Shown here piece by piece: positions 32,620 to 42,417 of a DNA stretch of 64,000 nucleotides (position 1 is its first letter; each line of letters opens with the position of its first letter). A program made the translations under genes and the position numbers. Under the pieces are notes generated by a model that saw only the letters and a program-made list of their open reading frames with translations, did not search any database and was not told the DNA's origin. This DNA comes from Candidatus Marinacidobacterales bacterium. Lineage in GTDB: Bacteria; Acidobacteriota; Vicinamibacteria; Marinacidobacterales; DATDRI01. The stretch spans positions 4,544,001-4,608,000 of the forward strand of contig CBDCNP010000002.1 of the NCBI GenBank assembly GCA_965219415.1. Reading direction: 5' to 3'.

Positions 32620-35600
32620 TCAGCCCTCGTTGAGTTCCATCCAGCACTTGAGCAACGGCTTCACGCCCACTGGGGCGTCGACACGCTTGAGATAGCTGTT
32701 CTTGATGTGTTTCTCGATCGTGGTCCGAATCTCGACCAGGGTCTTCTCCTCGATGGTGCACTGGCGCGGCGTCTCGGATGTGGACCGGATGCTGCCAGCG
32801 ATCTCGCCCGGATCTTCGAGAATCGCGCCGCGGTCGAGGTCATAGAGGTACCAGCGGGTCGTGCCCGCCTCCTCGGTGAACTCGCCCGTCTCCTTGTCGA
32901 GGGCGGGAAGCGTGTAGCAGAAGAACACGCCGCGCGCCCCTTGGGCCACGCGCTTACGGCCGCTGAAGGTGGCGCCGGGCAGGCGCTTGATGCGCGCCTC
33001 CAGCTCGGGGTCGGCCTGAAGCAGCGCCTGGTACTCGAGGTGCATGTCTTCGACCGCGGTCTTGGTGCCCTCGTAGGTGTGATTGAACTCTTTGAGCGCG
33101 GCGAAGTTGTCCTGGGGAGTCAGGAGCTTTTTTCCCTCGATCCCGAGCGTTGTCGAGATCAGCAGCGTCTTCTGCGTGACCTTGGTGTAGAGCGTGAGGA
33201 TCGCGTTCAGCTCGGCGGGCGGCAGGAAGTTCCAGAAGCTCACCGTCCCCCGGGAGCCGGTGACCTCCGGGTGGTCGGCGACCAGTCGTTTCTCGATTTC
33301 CGGATTCATGCGCCGATCCACGCGGCCGATGCGCTGCATCAGACGAACCGGGTTCCAGTGGATGTCGTAGTTGATCATTCGCGACGCGTCCTGGAGGTTC
33401 AGGCCCTCGGACAGGACGTCCGTGGAAATGAGGACGCGGATCTCCGTGCGGCCTTTCTCCGCGAGCTCTGCCGAGGAGAGGCCGTTGTAGTAGGGCGAGA
33501 AGCGCTGGATGACGTCGGCGCGGTTGCCTTTGGAGGCGCTGTCGACCTGGGCGACGCCGTCAATGCCGGCTTGATCGAGTTGGCGCCTCAGGTAGCGGGC
33601 AGTGTCGGCGAACTCGGTGAAGATGAGGACCTTCTGGTCGGCAAGTTCTTTCGCCTTGAGCAGCCGGCTGAGCTTCTGGAGCTTATCGTCGTGCTTGGGC
33701 TCGAACTTCCGGGCCTCGGCAGTGAAGTGCGCAAGCTGGTCGAGATCACGAAAAGTTTCCGTGATCATGGCTGGTACATCAAACTGCTTTCTGTCCAGCC
33801 TTTTAACAGCGTTTAGCATCTCCGGGGGAACGATGTCTTCGTCCTCCGACTCGTCTCCGTCCTGACCCCAGAACTCGAGTTGCCGACTACGTGCGTAGCC
33901 AAGGATCTCAGCGTTGTCGGATTTCCAGTGCTCAAGCTTCTTCTTCTCCGCAGCGGTCTCGCTGTGAACCTCGAGGAAGGCCAGAAGCTTCCGGAGCAGC
34001 CGGTCGCAGGAGAGTTCGAACGCGACAACGGAGCTTTCGAAGCGCTTGAGGAAGTTCGTACGGATCAGGCCAACGACTTGCTTCTGCCGGTTCTGTTCGA
34101 ACGGATCGATGCTTGTGTCCGGTCCCTTGTACCAGGCGAGTGGGTAGTACATCGGGAGCGCGAACAGCGGGTTCAGCCGCGTGAACGCGTTCTCGAACAT
34201 GTCGAGCAGCCGCCCGTAGGTCTTACGAATGGAGTACGCGGCTACCTGCGGCGGCTTGCGCTCGGGGAAGGCGACCGTCTTCCCCGTCTCGCGGATCTGG
34301 CTTTCGCGCGCGTAGGCGCGGCTGCGCTGCACGACGAGGTGGCGGAAGATCTGGTCGGAGAAGAGGATCTCATGCGTCTCGGTCAACTGTTCGGAGACAT
34401 CGGTCAGGTCGTGTCCGACTCGATTACGCAGGGCCTTCTCCATCTGGTTGAAGTGCGCGCGCAGGTTGTTGACGCCCAACGTGCGGGCGAAGTACGTCTC
34501 GTCCCGGCGCGTGAACAGCTCGGCCATGTGCCGAAAGTCGCTCAGCCGGTTGTTGATCGGCGTGGCGGTGAGCATGAAAAGGGTTTTGGGCCGCTTCGCG
34601 TTGTCGAGCAGGTCGTAGAGGCGATAGTAGCGCGACGGCTCCGCGTCCTCATCATCGTCGCCCCGTGTCCCGGGGTTGCGGAAGTGGTGCGCTTCGTCGA
34701 TCACCACGATGTCTGCAAGCTCGGCGATACGTTGGAACCTCTCCGGGAAGTCGCCCTTGCGGCCGAGGTCCGTGTGGCTGAAGACCGCGAGGTTGCTGAA
34801 GTCCGCGTTTCCACCGATGCCGCCGATGTGTGGCAACCACTCGCGCAAGTGCGGTTCCCAGACGCCCTCCTTCGTCGCCTTGGGAGCGAAGAGCACCACG
34901 CGCTTCCCTTCGTGCAGCACCAACCGCTCGATCAGCATCAGGCCGACGAAGGTCTTGCCGAGGCCGACGCCGTCGCACAGGAACGCGCCGCCATGCTGGC
35001 GGGCAATCTTCATGAGCGCCCGGTAGGCCTCTTGCTGATAGCGGTCGACCCGGGAAAACATCTTCGAGCGGGTTTCATCCCACTCGGTCGCAGTCAGCTC
35101 GTGGCCGCGGAAATATTCCTGCAGCGCCTTGGCGTAGACCTCGAACGGCGTGTAGCGGTGCGTGTGGCGCGAGATGGTCTCGACGATCGAGTCAGTGACC
35201 ACGACTGCCTCGTTCCAGTGCGCCTCGAACCACTCCTGAAGTTGGGCAACTTCGCGTGCGCTCTGGACTTGGATGTTGAGCTCGATGTTCTTCGTAAGAC
35301 CAGGTGCGGTGAAGTTGCTCGACCCGACCAGCGCCTGCGAGCCGACCACCTCAAGCTTCGCGTGCGTGATGTACGCCTTGGCGTGGAACTTGTTCTTGTC
35401 GTAGACACGGCACTCGATCTGACCGGAGCGCAGCGCGTCGAGAATCGCCGGGACGCCGTGCAAGAACGGGTTGGTATTCTTGTTCGCCTCAAGGCTCCCG
35501 TCGAGGGTCTGAACCGCGTGCGCCCGCACAGCGTCGAGCAGCGCCGTGCGCGTGCGATACGTCGTCTCGGCGCCCATCAGAATCCGGATGTTGTCAAGTG

Positions 35601-35769
35601 ACTGCCACTGGCCATCGAGGGCGAGCAAGGCGCCGATCTCGAAGTACCCCGTTGCAATATCGAACGCCTTGGCGATGCCGGACCACTCTTCGAGATAGCG
35701 GAGCCCCGTCCAGCCGGAAACGCTGTTGTCGACGATGAAGAGGCCTCGACCTTTGGGGTCAGCGGTCAT
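32620..35769 (-). CDS. PLD-family nuclease + SNF2-type helicase
   Basis: HAKAY..GSSNFT (PLD); DGVGLGKT, DEAH, LTATP, SEGLNLQ, QRIGRVDR. Confidence 0.9.
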   Translation of the reverse strand: MTADPKGRGLFIVDNSVSGWTGLRYLEEWSGIAKAFDIATGYFEIGALLALDGQWQSLDNIRILMGAETTYRTRTALLDAVRAHAVQTLDGSLEANKNTNPFLHGVPAILDALRSGQIECRVYDKNKFHAKAYITHAKLEVVGSQALVGSSNFTAPGLTKNIELNIQVQSAREVAQLQEWFEAHWNEAVVVTDSIVETISRHTHRYTPFEVYAKALQEYFRGHELTATEWDETRSKMFSRVDRYQQEAYRALMKIARQHGGAFLCDGVGLGKTFVGLMLIERLVLHEGKRVVLFAPKATKEGVWEPHLREWLPHIGGIGGNADFSNLAVFSHTDLGRKGDFPERFQRIAELADIVVIDEAHHFRNPGTRGDDDEDAEPSRYYRLYDLLDNAKRPKTLFMLTATPINNRLSDFRHMAELFTRRDETYFARTLGVNNLRAHFNQMEKALRNRVGHDLTDVSEQLTETHEILFSDQIFRHLVVQRSRAYARESQIRETGKTVAFPERKPPQVAAYSIRKTYGRLLDMFENAFTRLNPLFALPMYYPLAWYKGPDTSIDPFEQNRQKQVVGLIRTNFLKRFESSVVAFELSCDRLLRKLLAFLEVHSETAAEKKKLEHWKSDNAEILGYARSRQLEFWGQDGDESEDEDIVPPEMLNAVKRLDRKQFDVPAMITETFRDLDQLAHFTAEARKFEPKHDDKLQKLSRLLKAKELADQKVLIFTEFADTARYLRRQLDQAGIDGVAQVDSASKGNRADVIQRFSPYYNGLSSAELAEKGRTEIRVLISTDVLSEGLNLQDASRMINYDIHWNPVRLMQRIGRVDRRMNPEIEKRLVADHPEVTGSRGTVSFWNFLPPAELNAILTLYTKVTQKTLLISTTLGIEGKKLLTPQDNFAALKEFNHTYEGTKTAVEDMHLEYQALLQADPELEARIKRLPGATFSGRKRVAQGARGVFFCYTLPALDKETGEFTEEAGTTRWYLYDLDRGAILEDPGEIAGSIRSTSETPRQCTIEEKTLVEIRTTIEKHIKNSYLKRVDAPVGVKPLLKCWMELNEG

Positions 35770-35785
35770 CGAGGTCCGTTACCTC

Positions 35786-36214
35786 TCAGAACGTCCGGCG
35801 CGCTGACGGATCGGGGCGTGCCGTTGTCACTCGACCAGATCGGCCGCCGGCATCGACGCGCGACTGACCGCTTCCTGCCACGCCCGGCCTACGCTGCCGG
35901 GTACACCAGGGCTTGACGCACGCGGCGATTCGGTGGCCCACGGCGATTCGGTGGCCCTCGGCGATCTCCGCGCGGCGCATCTCATGGGTCTTTTGCAGGT
36001 TCAGCCAGACCTGCGGCGTCGTCCCGAAATAGCGCGCCAGCCGGACCGCCGTGTTGGCAGCCACGCCCCGTTGCCCGTGCAGGGTCGCCGTGGTCCGATT
36101 CACCGGCGCATCCAGCGCCTTGGACAACGCATTGGCCGACAGCCCGAGCGCCTGGAGTTCGTCACGCAAGATTTCTCCTGGATGCACCAGCCGCATATCG
36201 TTGTTCGCCGTCAT
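35786..36214 (-). CDS. higA: HigA-family antitoxin (XRE HTH), C-terminus possibly aberrant
   Basis: VHPGEILRDEL..LSANALSKAL..RLARYFGTTPQVWLNLQ. Confidence 0.8.
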   Translation of the reverse strand: MTANNDMRLVHPGEILRDELQALGLSANALSKALDAPVNRTTATLHGQRGVAANTAVRLARYFGTTPQVWLNLQKTHEMRRAEIAEGHRIAVGHRIAACVKPWCTRQRRPGVAGSGQSRVDAGGRSGRVTTARPDPSARRTF

Positions 36215-36226
36215 CGGTTCGACCTC

Positions 36227-36330
36227 CTAGTGATAGTCCACGATCTCCATCTCGCCTGGCTCGTCATCTTACCATCGGAAACAAATCCGCCAGTGCGCGT
36301 TGATCCGGATGCTGTACTGTCTGGCCCGAT
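36227..36330 (-). pseudogene. higB: HigB toxin 3' fragment with internal stop
   Basis: QYSIRINAHWRICFRW*..EIVDYH. Confidence 0.75.
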
Positions 36331-36332
36331 TC

Positions 36333-36590
36333 GTGGACAATGCAAGCCCTCACACGAAGGGGAAATTCCTTTTAAAGATGGACTTCAAAGATTTTTTCCC
36401 TTCGCTGAAGGCGCACGATTTCAGGATGTTTCTTAGGAGAATCCAGTCGGATCTCGATGTGGCGGAGATCGCAGCGCTTTGCCAGATCCTCTTCTGGAGG
36501 CCGAAAGGCACCCGTGATCTGTGCCTGTCTATTGGCGCTCCAACATCCCCGATGCTCTCAAATATCTTGATGATGGAGTTCGATCGTCGT
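36333..36590 (+). pseudogene. Retron-type reverse transcriptase internal fragment
   Basis: NAxxH (NASPH), KMDFKDFFPS, LSIGAPTSPMLSN; YADD region absent. Confidence 0.8.
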
Positions 36591-37062
36591 CGACCCGTGG
36601 TGAGCCCCAGATCTGGGGCGTGCCGGAGGCGATGTCGGCGATCCGGGTTCCCCGTACGCGCAGGGAAAACACCATCCAGCAACGGGATGCCACGCTCCCG
36701 GCGGAGACCTGGATCCAGGCCCGAGCCGTACCTGGACCAGAACGTGCTAGGCCAGCTACGCTGCGGTAGCCCCAACCTCAATTTTGGGCCTCTCGGGTGG
36801 CCTCTTTTCGGCCGCCGTACAGCCCCGTCAGCGCCTGTCTCCTATTTGGCGCAAACGTGTCCCTCGAAAATAGAGATTAGAGACGAAAACCGAAAATGAG
36901 GCCCGTTGAGCCCTTCTAGCGCGTCTCTGGTGCCACCCAATCCTGCAAAACCCCGCCAACCGCGCGGAAAATCTCATCCGTCTCTGCAGTGCCACAATTG
37001 GCCAGACTGGGTGGCGGATGGTGCAGTTCGGAGCTATCCGGTCTCGCCTGGAAACCATGAGA

Positions 37063-37250
37063 AACAGGGAATTAACAGGGAATTTGGGCCTTTTTTGTGC
37101 TGATTTGGGCGTTTTCCCACCTTGTAACTCTTTATATTCCAAATGGTTAGATGGCGATTCCCTGTTCCGAAAGAACAGGGAATTCCAGATGACCGATCAG
37201 GGAATCGCTCTGGACGAACAGGGAATTGAGATGACCGATGAGGGAAATGT
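37063..37250. repeat. Cluster of AACAGGGAATT-like repeats
   Basis: Copies near 37063, 37075, 37174, 37196 and 37217, plus an inverted copy near 37138. Confidence 0.7.
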
Positions 37251-37862
37251 CACGAGCAGCGTGTACGGGTTCCATTCGAGTACACGAGCGGCGCCTCATA
37301 CTGTAGCGCGAGCGGCCGGAAGTTAGTTCTCACCCAGGGCGATGTTCCGGAAGGCGGCGTCGCTCAGATGCCAATTCATGCGGCTCGTGACCTCCAGCTC
37401 CGTTCGGATTCCGTAGCTGCACGGTTATACCAAGAACGGTTATATTCGAGCGGCCCCGCTGGGGCCATCATGCGCGAAATCTGGCTACTTGTTGCCCAGA
37501 TGCCCGCCGAATCGGCTGCGATGATGCTACGATCATCCCGTTATGCCCCGAACAACCAGGAAACACCCACCAGACCAGCTCTACATTGAGGTTCGCGCGT
37601 GGTTCCTTGAAATCATCCGCACGGACTGTCCGCAGGTACTCGATGACCGTTGGACGGAGGTTTTTCTGCCAAGGAGGGCGGCCCTGTCACAGACGGCAGC
37701 GGTCGAGGACATCGAGAAGATCGGGATTTGATGGGGCTAGACCGGCGGCCACGCTTGAGACACGTGCTCGACCTGCGCAGCGAGCGCGACCAGGACCGGG
37801 CACTGTTCGACCTCCCCGCCACACCAAAAGATGCCTGATTCGCAACCGAAGGAGTCTTCTAC

Positions 37863-38660
37863 ATGAGCGATGAGCTGAAGCGCGACTATCAGGAGAAGCT
37901 CGGCGAGAAGTTTGGGGCCATCGTTAACGGCGTCTCGTACGATTGGGCGAACGGATTGGTCAGACTCAACGAGTACCGGGCTCTTTTCGGTGACCCGGCC
38001 AATATCGAGTTCATCAATACGTTTAGTGGTCCGTTTATGTCGGAGGTGCAGCAACTTTTCTGGCGCGATCTATTGCTCCACATCACCCGGCTGACCGACC
38101 CTGTCAAGAGCGGAGACAAACAGAACATCACTGTTGGGCAGCTCCGGGGCTTTCGTGGCGACCTGGAGTTGCGTGCTCGGTTCCCGGACGTTTGTGACGA
38201 CCAAGAGTTGCTTGTTCGAGTGGAGTCTTTTGCTGCTACTGCAACTGAAAACGCTAAACCGGCACGTGACTGGCGTAATCAACGTATCAGTCACTCGGAT
38301 CTGAACCTGGCGATCGATCCCGATGCGAAGTCTCTAGATCCGGCTACCCTTGCCTCGATCCAGAGCGTACTCGACGCTGTTCATGCTGCTCTCGATGCCA
38401 TTTCGTCCGCTTTCCTGGACGTTCACATTTCAAATCGCGTTACTACGAGCGAGCCGTGGGCTACGGCGTTCTTGAACTATGCCCAGATGCTTGTGACTGC
38501 GGTTCGGTACGTGGACTCACTCGTAGATCCTTCCGGAAGCGCGTCGGCGAACGACACCGATGTTGCGGCCAATTTTCTTGCCAAGGTTGGCCGTGAACCC
38601 ACCATGGATGAGATTCTCCAAATCATCTACTTGCGCCAAGCTGTTCGCCGGTTCAGCTGA
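37863..38660 (+). CDS. AbiU2-like HEPN domain protein
   Basis: LLLHITRLTDP and RNQRISH (R-x-H HEPN motif); GGAG RBS. Confidence 0.72.
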   Translation: MSDELKRDYQEKLGEKFGAIVNGVSYDWANGLVRLNEYRALFGDPANIEFINTFSGPFMSEVQQLFWRDLLLHITRLTDPVKSGDKQNITVGQLRGFRGDLELRARFPDVCDDQELLVRVESFAATATENAKPARDWRNQRISHSDLNLAIDPDAKSLDPATLASIQSVLDAVHAALDAISSAFLDVHISNRVTTSEPWATAFLNYAQMLVTAVRYVDSLVDPSGSASANDTDVAANFLAKVGREPTMDEILQIIYLRQAVRRFS

Positions 38661-38771
38661 CCCTTAGTTCTCCCCTTTCCTGGTTTGGCCTAAAGCCCTT
38701 TCAGGGGTGCTTCCATCGTGTTCTTCGGAAAGCACAAGAAGCGCCGGGCACTCAGTCATCAGAGTATCAGA

Positions 38772-39015
38772 TCAAGCGGCAACCTCCGCGTGTTCGAGAA
38801 CTTCGCTCAGACGTTGGTAGCCGTCGATGCGTCGTAGTTGAATCTGGCCAGAGGCGATAAGCCCAAACAGCAAAGCGACCGCGGACTCCTCGCTGGAGAA
38901 CGACGCTTGGGTTTTCGTCCGGCGTCGAAACTCGCGGTTAAGATTCTCCAGAGCATTGGTCGTTCGAATTGATTTCCACATGGCACGAGGGAATTCATAG
39001 AAGGTCAGCAGCTGA
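38772..39015 (-). pseudogene. IS256 transposase C-terminal fragment
   Basis: FYEFPRAMWKSIRTTNALENLNREFRRRTK. Confidence 0.8.
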
Positions 39016-39376
39016 TTACCGCGTCTGGTCAAAATACTCGAACGCCGAGCGGGTCAGCAGTTTGCACCTTTCCAAGGGCCGGCTGCTTCGTGCCGCGTCG
39101 GCTGGTCTCCGCGGATTTCGAGAACGCCTCCAGAATTCGAGCTTTCGGCTCCGTTCGTATTTTCGGACACGACGCGCTCTACGCCTGGATCGCGCCTGAG
39201 GAGAAAGCGAATAGCGGAATTCGAATTGGCCAAACTTCGAATTCATCCAGCGGAGCTTCATGGAAGAGAGGAAGATTCCTCCGCCAGACGGTCCAGTATA
39301 AGGAGCTATCCGAGTCTGGAAACGATGACAGAGAATTGGGGCCAGTTTGAGTCTGATTGGTGGAGGCCAGTGTCGG

Positions 39377-40070
39377 TTAGCAGCAAGCTGCTCTCCGACA
39401 CTGGGGTTGGATCTGGGGGCTCTGGGAAGAGGTCAGTCCAACGGGCTGGCGGCCATCCACAATGGCACGCACGATGTCGGGCGCCAGGAAGGCATAGCGG
39501 ATTGCCTTGCGCACCCGGGACGTTGGGATGGCGTCTTCGGTGGCAATCTCCTCATAGGTCTTGCCCGCTTTGACCCGGTCGAGCCAGGAGACGGCGTTCG
39601 CGATATTGCGCAGCAGGGTGCGGTCGATGGACTTCGGTGAGTTGCCCAGAACGAGCTTAGTCTCGACACCGCGTCGACGTAAGCGGAACGGCGCGTGAAT
39701 ACGGAGTGTATCTTCCCGAATGCGGTCGGGCCCCATGGACGGGCAAGCAGCAAACGCATCGCGGTCGAGCAGGATAGACATCGAGCCGGGGCTGATATCG
39801 ACTCGCCGAATGAGACGGAGCAGGCGGACTTCCGAGCCATTAACGTTACTCTCGGAACACAGCCCGTCCAAAGAACGATGCACCGAGGCGAGCTCTTCCA
39901 TGGTTGGAGTGTGGACCAGCGAGGCCGAGAAGTCCGGTGCTCCCACATGCTGTTGGACAAGGTGCACGACGGTCTGCTCCAGCGTGGGTGCGGACAGGCG
40001 CCAGCCGGAGAGGTCCTTTTGGCCACTGTGTTGCGCGCCGCGGGCGGTGTCGAAGAAACGGATCCGGGAG
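39377..40070 (-). pseudogene. C-terminal fragment of a large serine recombinase (DUF2924-associated type)
   Basis: RRRGVETKLV..DRTLLRNIA..FLAPDIVRAIVDGRQP. Confidence 0.7.
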
Positions 40071-40100
40071 CGTGCCGAGACGCGGGGTGCAGAGGCGACC

Positions 40101-40970
40101 TCAGAAACCGTGGAGGAGTTTCCCGTACTTGTCGAACAACCGGACGTTGAGCCGATCAACGCAGTCCAATACCTTGCCGATGTACGGATCGTCCAACTGG
40201 ACTCTCGTTGCCCATTTCCGAAAGGGCAGGGTGGCAAACGGGACGATCAAGGAGACGTTGCCAACGCTGACGCGAAGCGGCCGGTGCAGTGGGTAGAACC
40301 CGTGGGTTGGGTCCCCATGCAGGGAGTAGCTGCGGATGTCCTGCCACGAACCGTGAACGGACTCCGAGGGGGCGCCGTATGCGACGTCGTATAGGTTCTC
40401 GCCCATCACGTCCTCGAAGATGTGGCGGAACGTCTGGCCCCCCAGACGCCAACCGTTGGCGATCTGTTGTTCGAAGCTGTTCTCGTCCAACCCCTCCAAG
40501 GCCAGCTTGTCCTTGATCGAGCGTAGGAGCCGCCGCCCAGGCTTGCTGTGATAGTACACGGCCCCGGCAGCGGCTTGTTCGAGGATCTTGAACCTGTTCC
40601 CGTAGGAGCAGCGCCGGTAGTCTTCCATCGTGGATGCGCCCGAACGGAGCAGATAGGTTGCGGTGACGGCGACTTCCATGAGCGATCGTTCGGCGATTAC
40701 CGCGTACTCCGCGCTGTCCTCCTTGTAGATCCAGACGACGAGCTTCAGGAGTTTCCACGTGCGAACGAGCAGACCGAGTATAGGCGCGTCGTCGATGGAG
40801 AAACCCGTCGGATTCCGTTCGACGTTCTTCATGCGGGAGAGGATGTCGAGAATCTCCGCGACGTCCTCGTAAAAGGCCAGTGCCAGCCGGTCCGCCTCCG
40901 GCGTGGAGGCAAGGAACCGCGCCAAGTAGTCGCGCTTGTACTTCGCAAGAATTGCCTGGATTTCGTTCAT
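40101..40970 (-). CDS. DUF5677-like protein, paralog B
   Basis: RSLME..YL, SESVHGSW; similar to the upstream gene. Confidence 0.65.
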   Translation of the reverse strand: MNEIQAILAKYKRDYLARFLASTPEADRLALAFYEDVAEILDILSRMKNVERNPTGFSIDDAPILGLLVRTWKLLKLVVWIYKEDSAEYAVIAERSLMEVAVTATYLLRSGASTMEDYRRCSYGNRFKILEQAAAGAVYYHSKPGRRLLRSIKDKLALEGLDENSFEQQIANGWRLGGQTFRHIFEDVMGENLYDVAYGAPSESVHGSWQDIRSYSLHGDPTHGFYPLHRPLRVSVGNVSLIVPFATLPFRKWATRVQLDDPYIGKVLDCVDRLNVRLFDKYGKLLHGF

Positions 40971-41011
40971 GACCGGAAGGTTGCGAGGGATCGCTCATAG
41001 AACGCCGTCGG

Positions 41012-41914
41012 CTAGGCTGAATCGGCGGCCGCGGACCCCTCGGCAGTCGGGCCGTCGTAGAGTTCGTCGAACTTGTAGTAGATCGTACGCGAGTAGACTT
41101 GGATTCGGTCGAGGGTCTGCCGCAGGGACTTGTCCGGCAGTCGAATTCTCTCGATCCAAAGGGCGTACGGGGGCGTCGCGTATCGGACTAACGGCAGTAT
41201 GGCACGGGCGTCTACGCCGACGAACGGCGCGTACGCGGAGAACGTGCCATCGTCGGTCCTCAAGAGGCACCAGTCCATGGATTCGTTCCACGAACCGTGT
41301 ATGGCTTCAGACATCATGCCGTAGACGAACGGGAATTCGTCCGGGCCGGCCACGTCGCCGAAGATATCGTACAGGGACTTCCCCTGGAGGCGCCAGTGAT
41401 TCCGCCTCTGCTGAGCGAAACTGTCCTGGGACAGGTCTTCGAGAGCGAGGTCGTCGAGGGCGGACTGCAGAACGCGCTGACCGGCAGCCGTTCGAAAGAA
41501 CTCGGATCCGCTCTCGCGCTTGCGGAGTATCCTGAGCGTGTCCTTGTACGAACACCGCCGGAAGTCCTCTACGGCCTCGTCTCCCTCGCACAGAAGGTAG
41601 GTGGCGATGATCGCCGATTCGATCAACGGGCGGGAGAACACGGAAAGGTACTCGCCGTTGCCGAGCTCGTAGAACCGGCAGATGAGTCGGAACAGCTTCG
41701 CGACGCGTGTCAGAAGACCGACGACGGGGGCGTCCGAAAGGTTGTACCCGGAAGGGTTCCGGCTTGGGTTGCGCATCAGCGTGAGCAGGCGAAAGGTCTG
41801 AGCTGCATCGCTGCCAAAGGTCAGCGCAAGGCGATTGACTTCGTCGAGCGACTCAAGACGGTCGAGAATTCGGCCTTCCTCGTACTTCAGCCAGATGCGG
41901 TCGATTTCTTGCAT
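41012..41914 (-). CDS. DUF5677-like protein, paralog A
   Basis: RPLIE..YL, SEAIHGSW. Confidence 0.65.
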   Translation of the reverse strand: MQEIDRIWLKYEEGRILDRLESLDEVNRLALTFGSDAAQTFRLLTLMRNPSRNPSGYNLSDAPVVGLLTRVAKLFRLICRFYELGNGEYLSVFSRPLIESAIIATYLLCEGDEAVEDFRRCSYKDTLRILRKRESGSEFFRTAAGQRVLQSALDDLALEDLSQDSFAQQRRNHWRLQGKSLYDIFGDVAGPDEFPFVYGMMSEAIHGSWNESMDWCLLRTDDGTFSAYAPFVGVDARAILPLVRYATPPYALWIERIRLPDKSLRQTLDRIQVYSRTIYYKFDELYDGPTAEGSAAADSA

Positions 41915-42080
41915 ATGAGGTCTCCCCCGTTGGGAGACGGATTCTGGCAGACACTTCACGAACCGTCAACGAACCGATCTGGATCCCGGTGCTTCTCGTC
42001 GATTCGCGTTGCTCGCGCCCACGGCCATCATGCCAGACCCGTCGATGGCGTTGGGATGCGCGACCAGACGCGACATTTTG

Positions 42081-42342
42081 GGTGCTTGCGCTGTTTGCTG
42101 TTGGTGATGTGTACGTATCCCATTGCAAAAAAAGCGCTTACGCTCTATTTAGCGCGCGGCGAAGGTCGTGAGCGCTATTTTGGCTGTAATTTAATGCAGC
42201 GTAAAGTCTTAGCGTTATCTCACCAACACTTAATAGCGGAAGCACCGATTTGTGGTCTATTTCAAAAGGGCCGAGTTTTGGCACAGGACGGGTTGCTACG
42301 TTTCTACCATCGGGAAGCCGCATGAGTATTTTGACCTCACGG
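42081..42342 (-). mobile_element. Full 166-bp MITE (42081-42246) + CCCGTCC end stub + rve IS right end
   Basis: Three nested termini; the last encodes LLRFYHREAA* followed by GTATTTTGACCTCACGG. Confidence 0.82.
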
Positions 42343-42417
42343 GAAGCACCGGAAGTTCGCCAATCTCATACAGCTCGAGTTTATGGAAGGGACAGGTCCA
42401 GATACGCTGTTGGTTCG

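Noticed and set aside
32560-35601. 418-aa and 573-aa plus-strand ORFs
   Set aside because: Antisense shadows of the high-GC helicase gene.
36300-36899. Functional retron or DGR
   Set aside because: The RT is an internal fragment lacking YADD; no msr/msd or template/variable repeat pair recognised.
37005-37050. tRNA 3'-end-like sequence (TGGCGGATGGTGCAG)
   Set aside because: No cloverleaf can be built; at most a degenerate attachment-like end.
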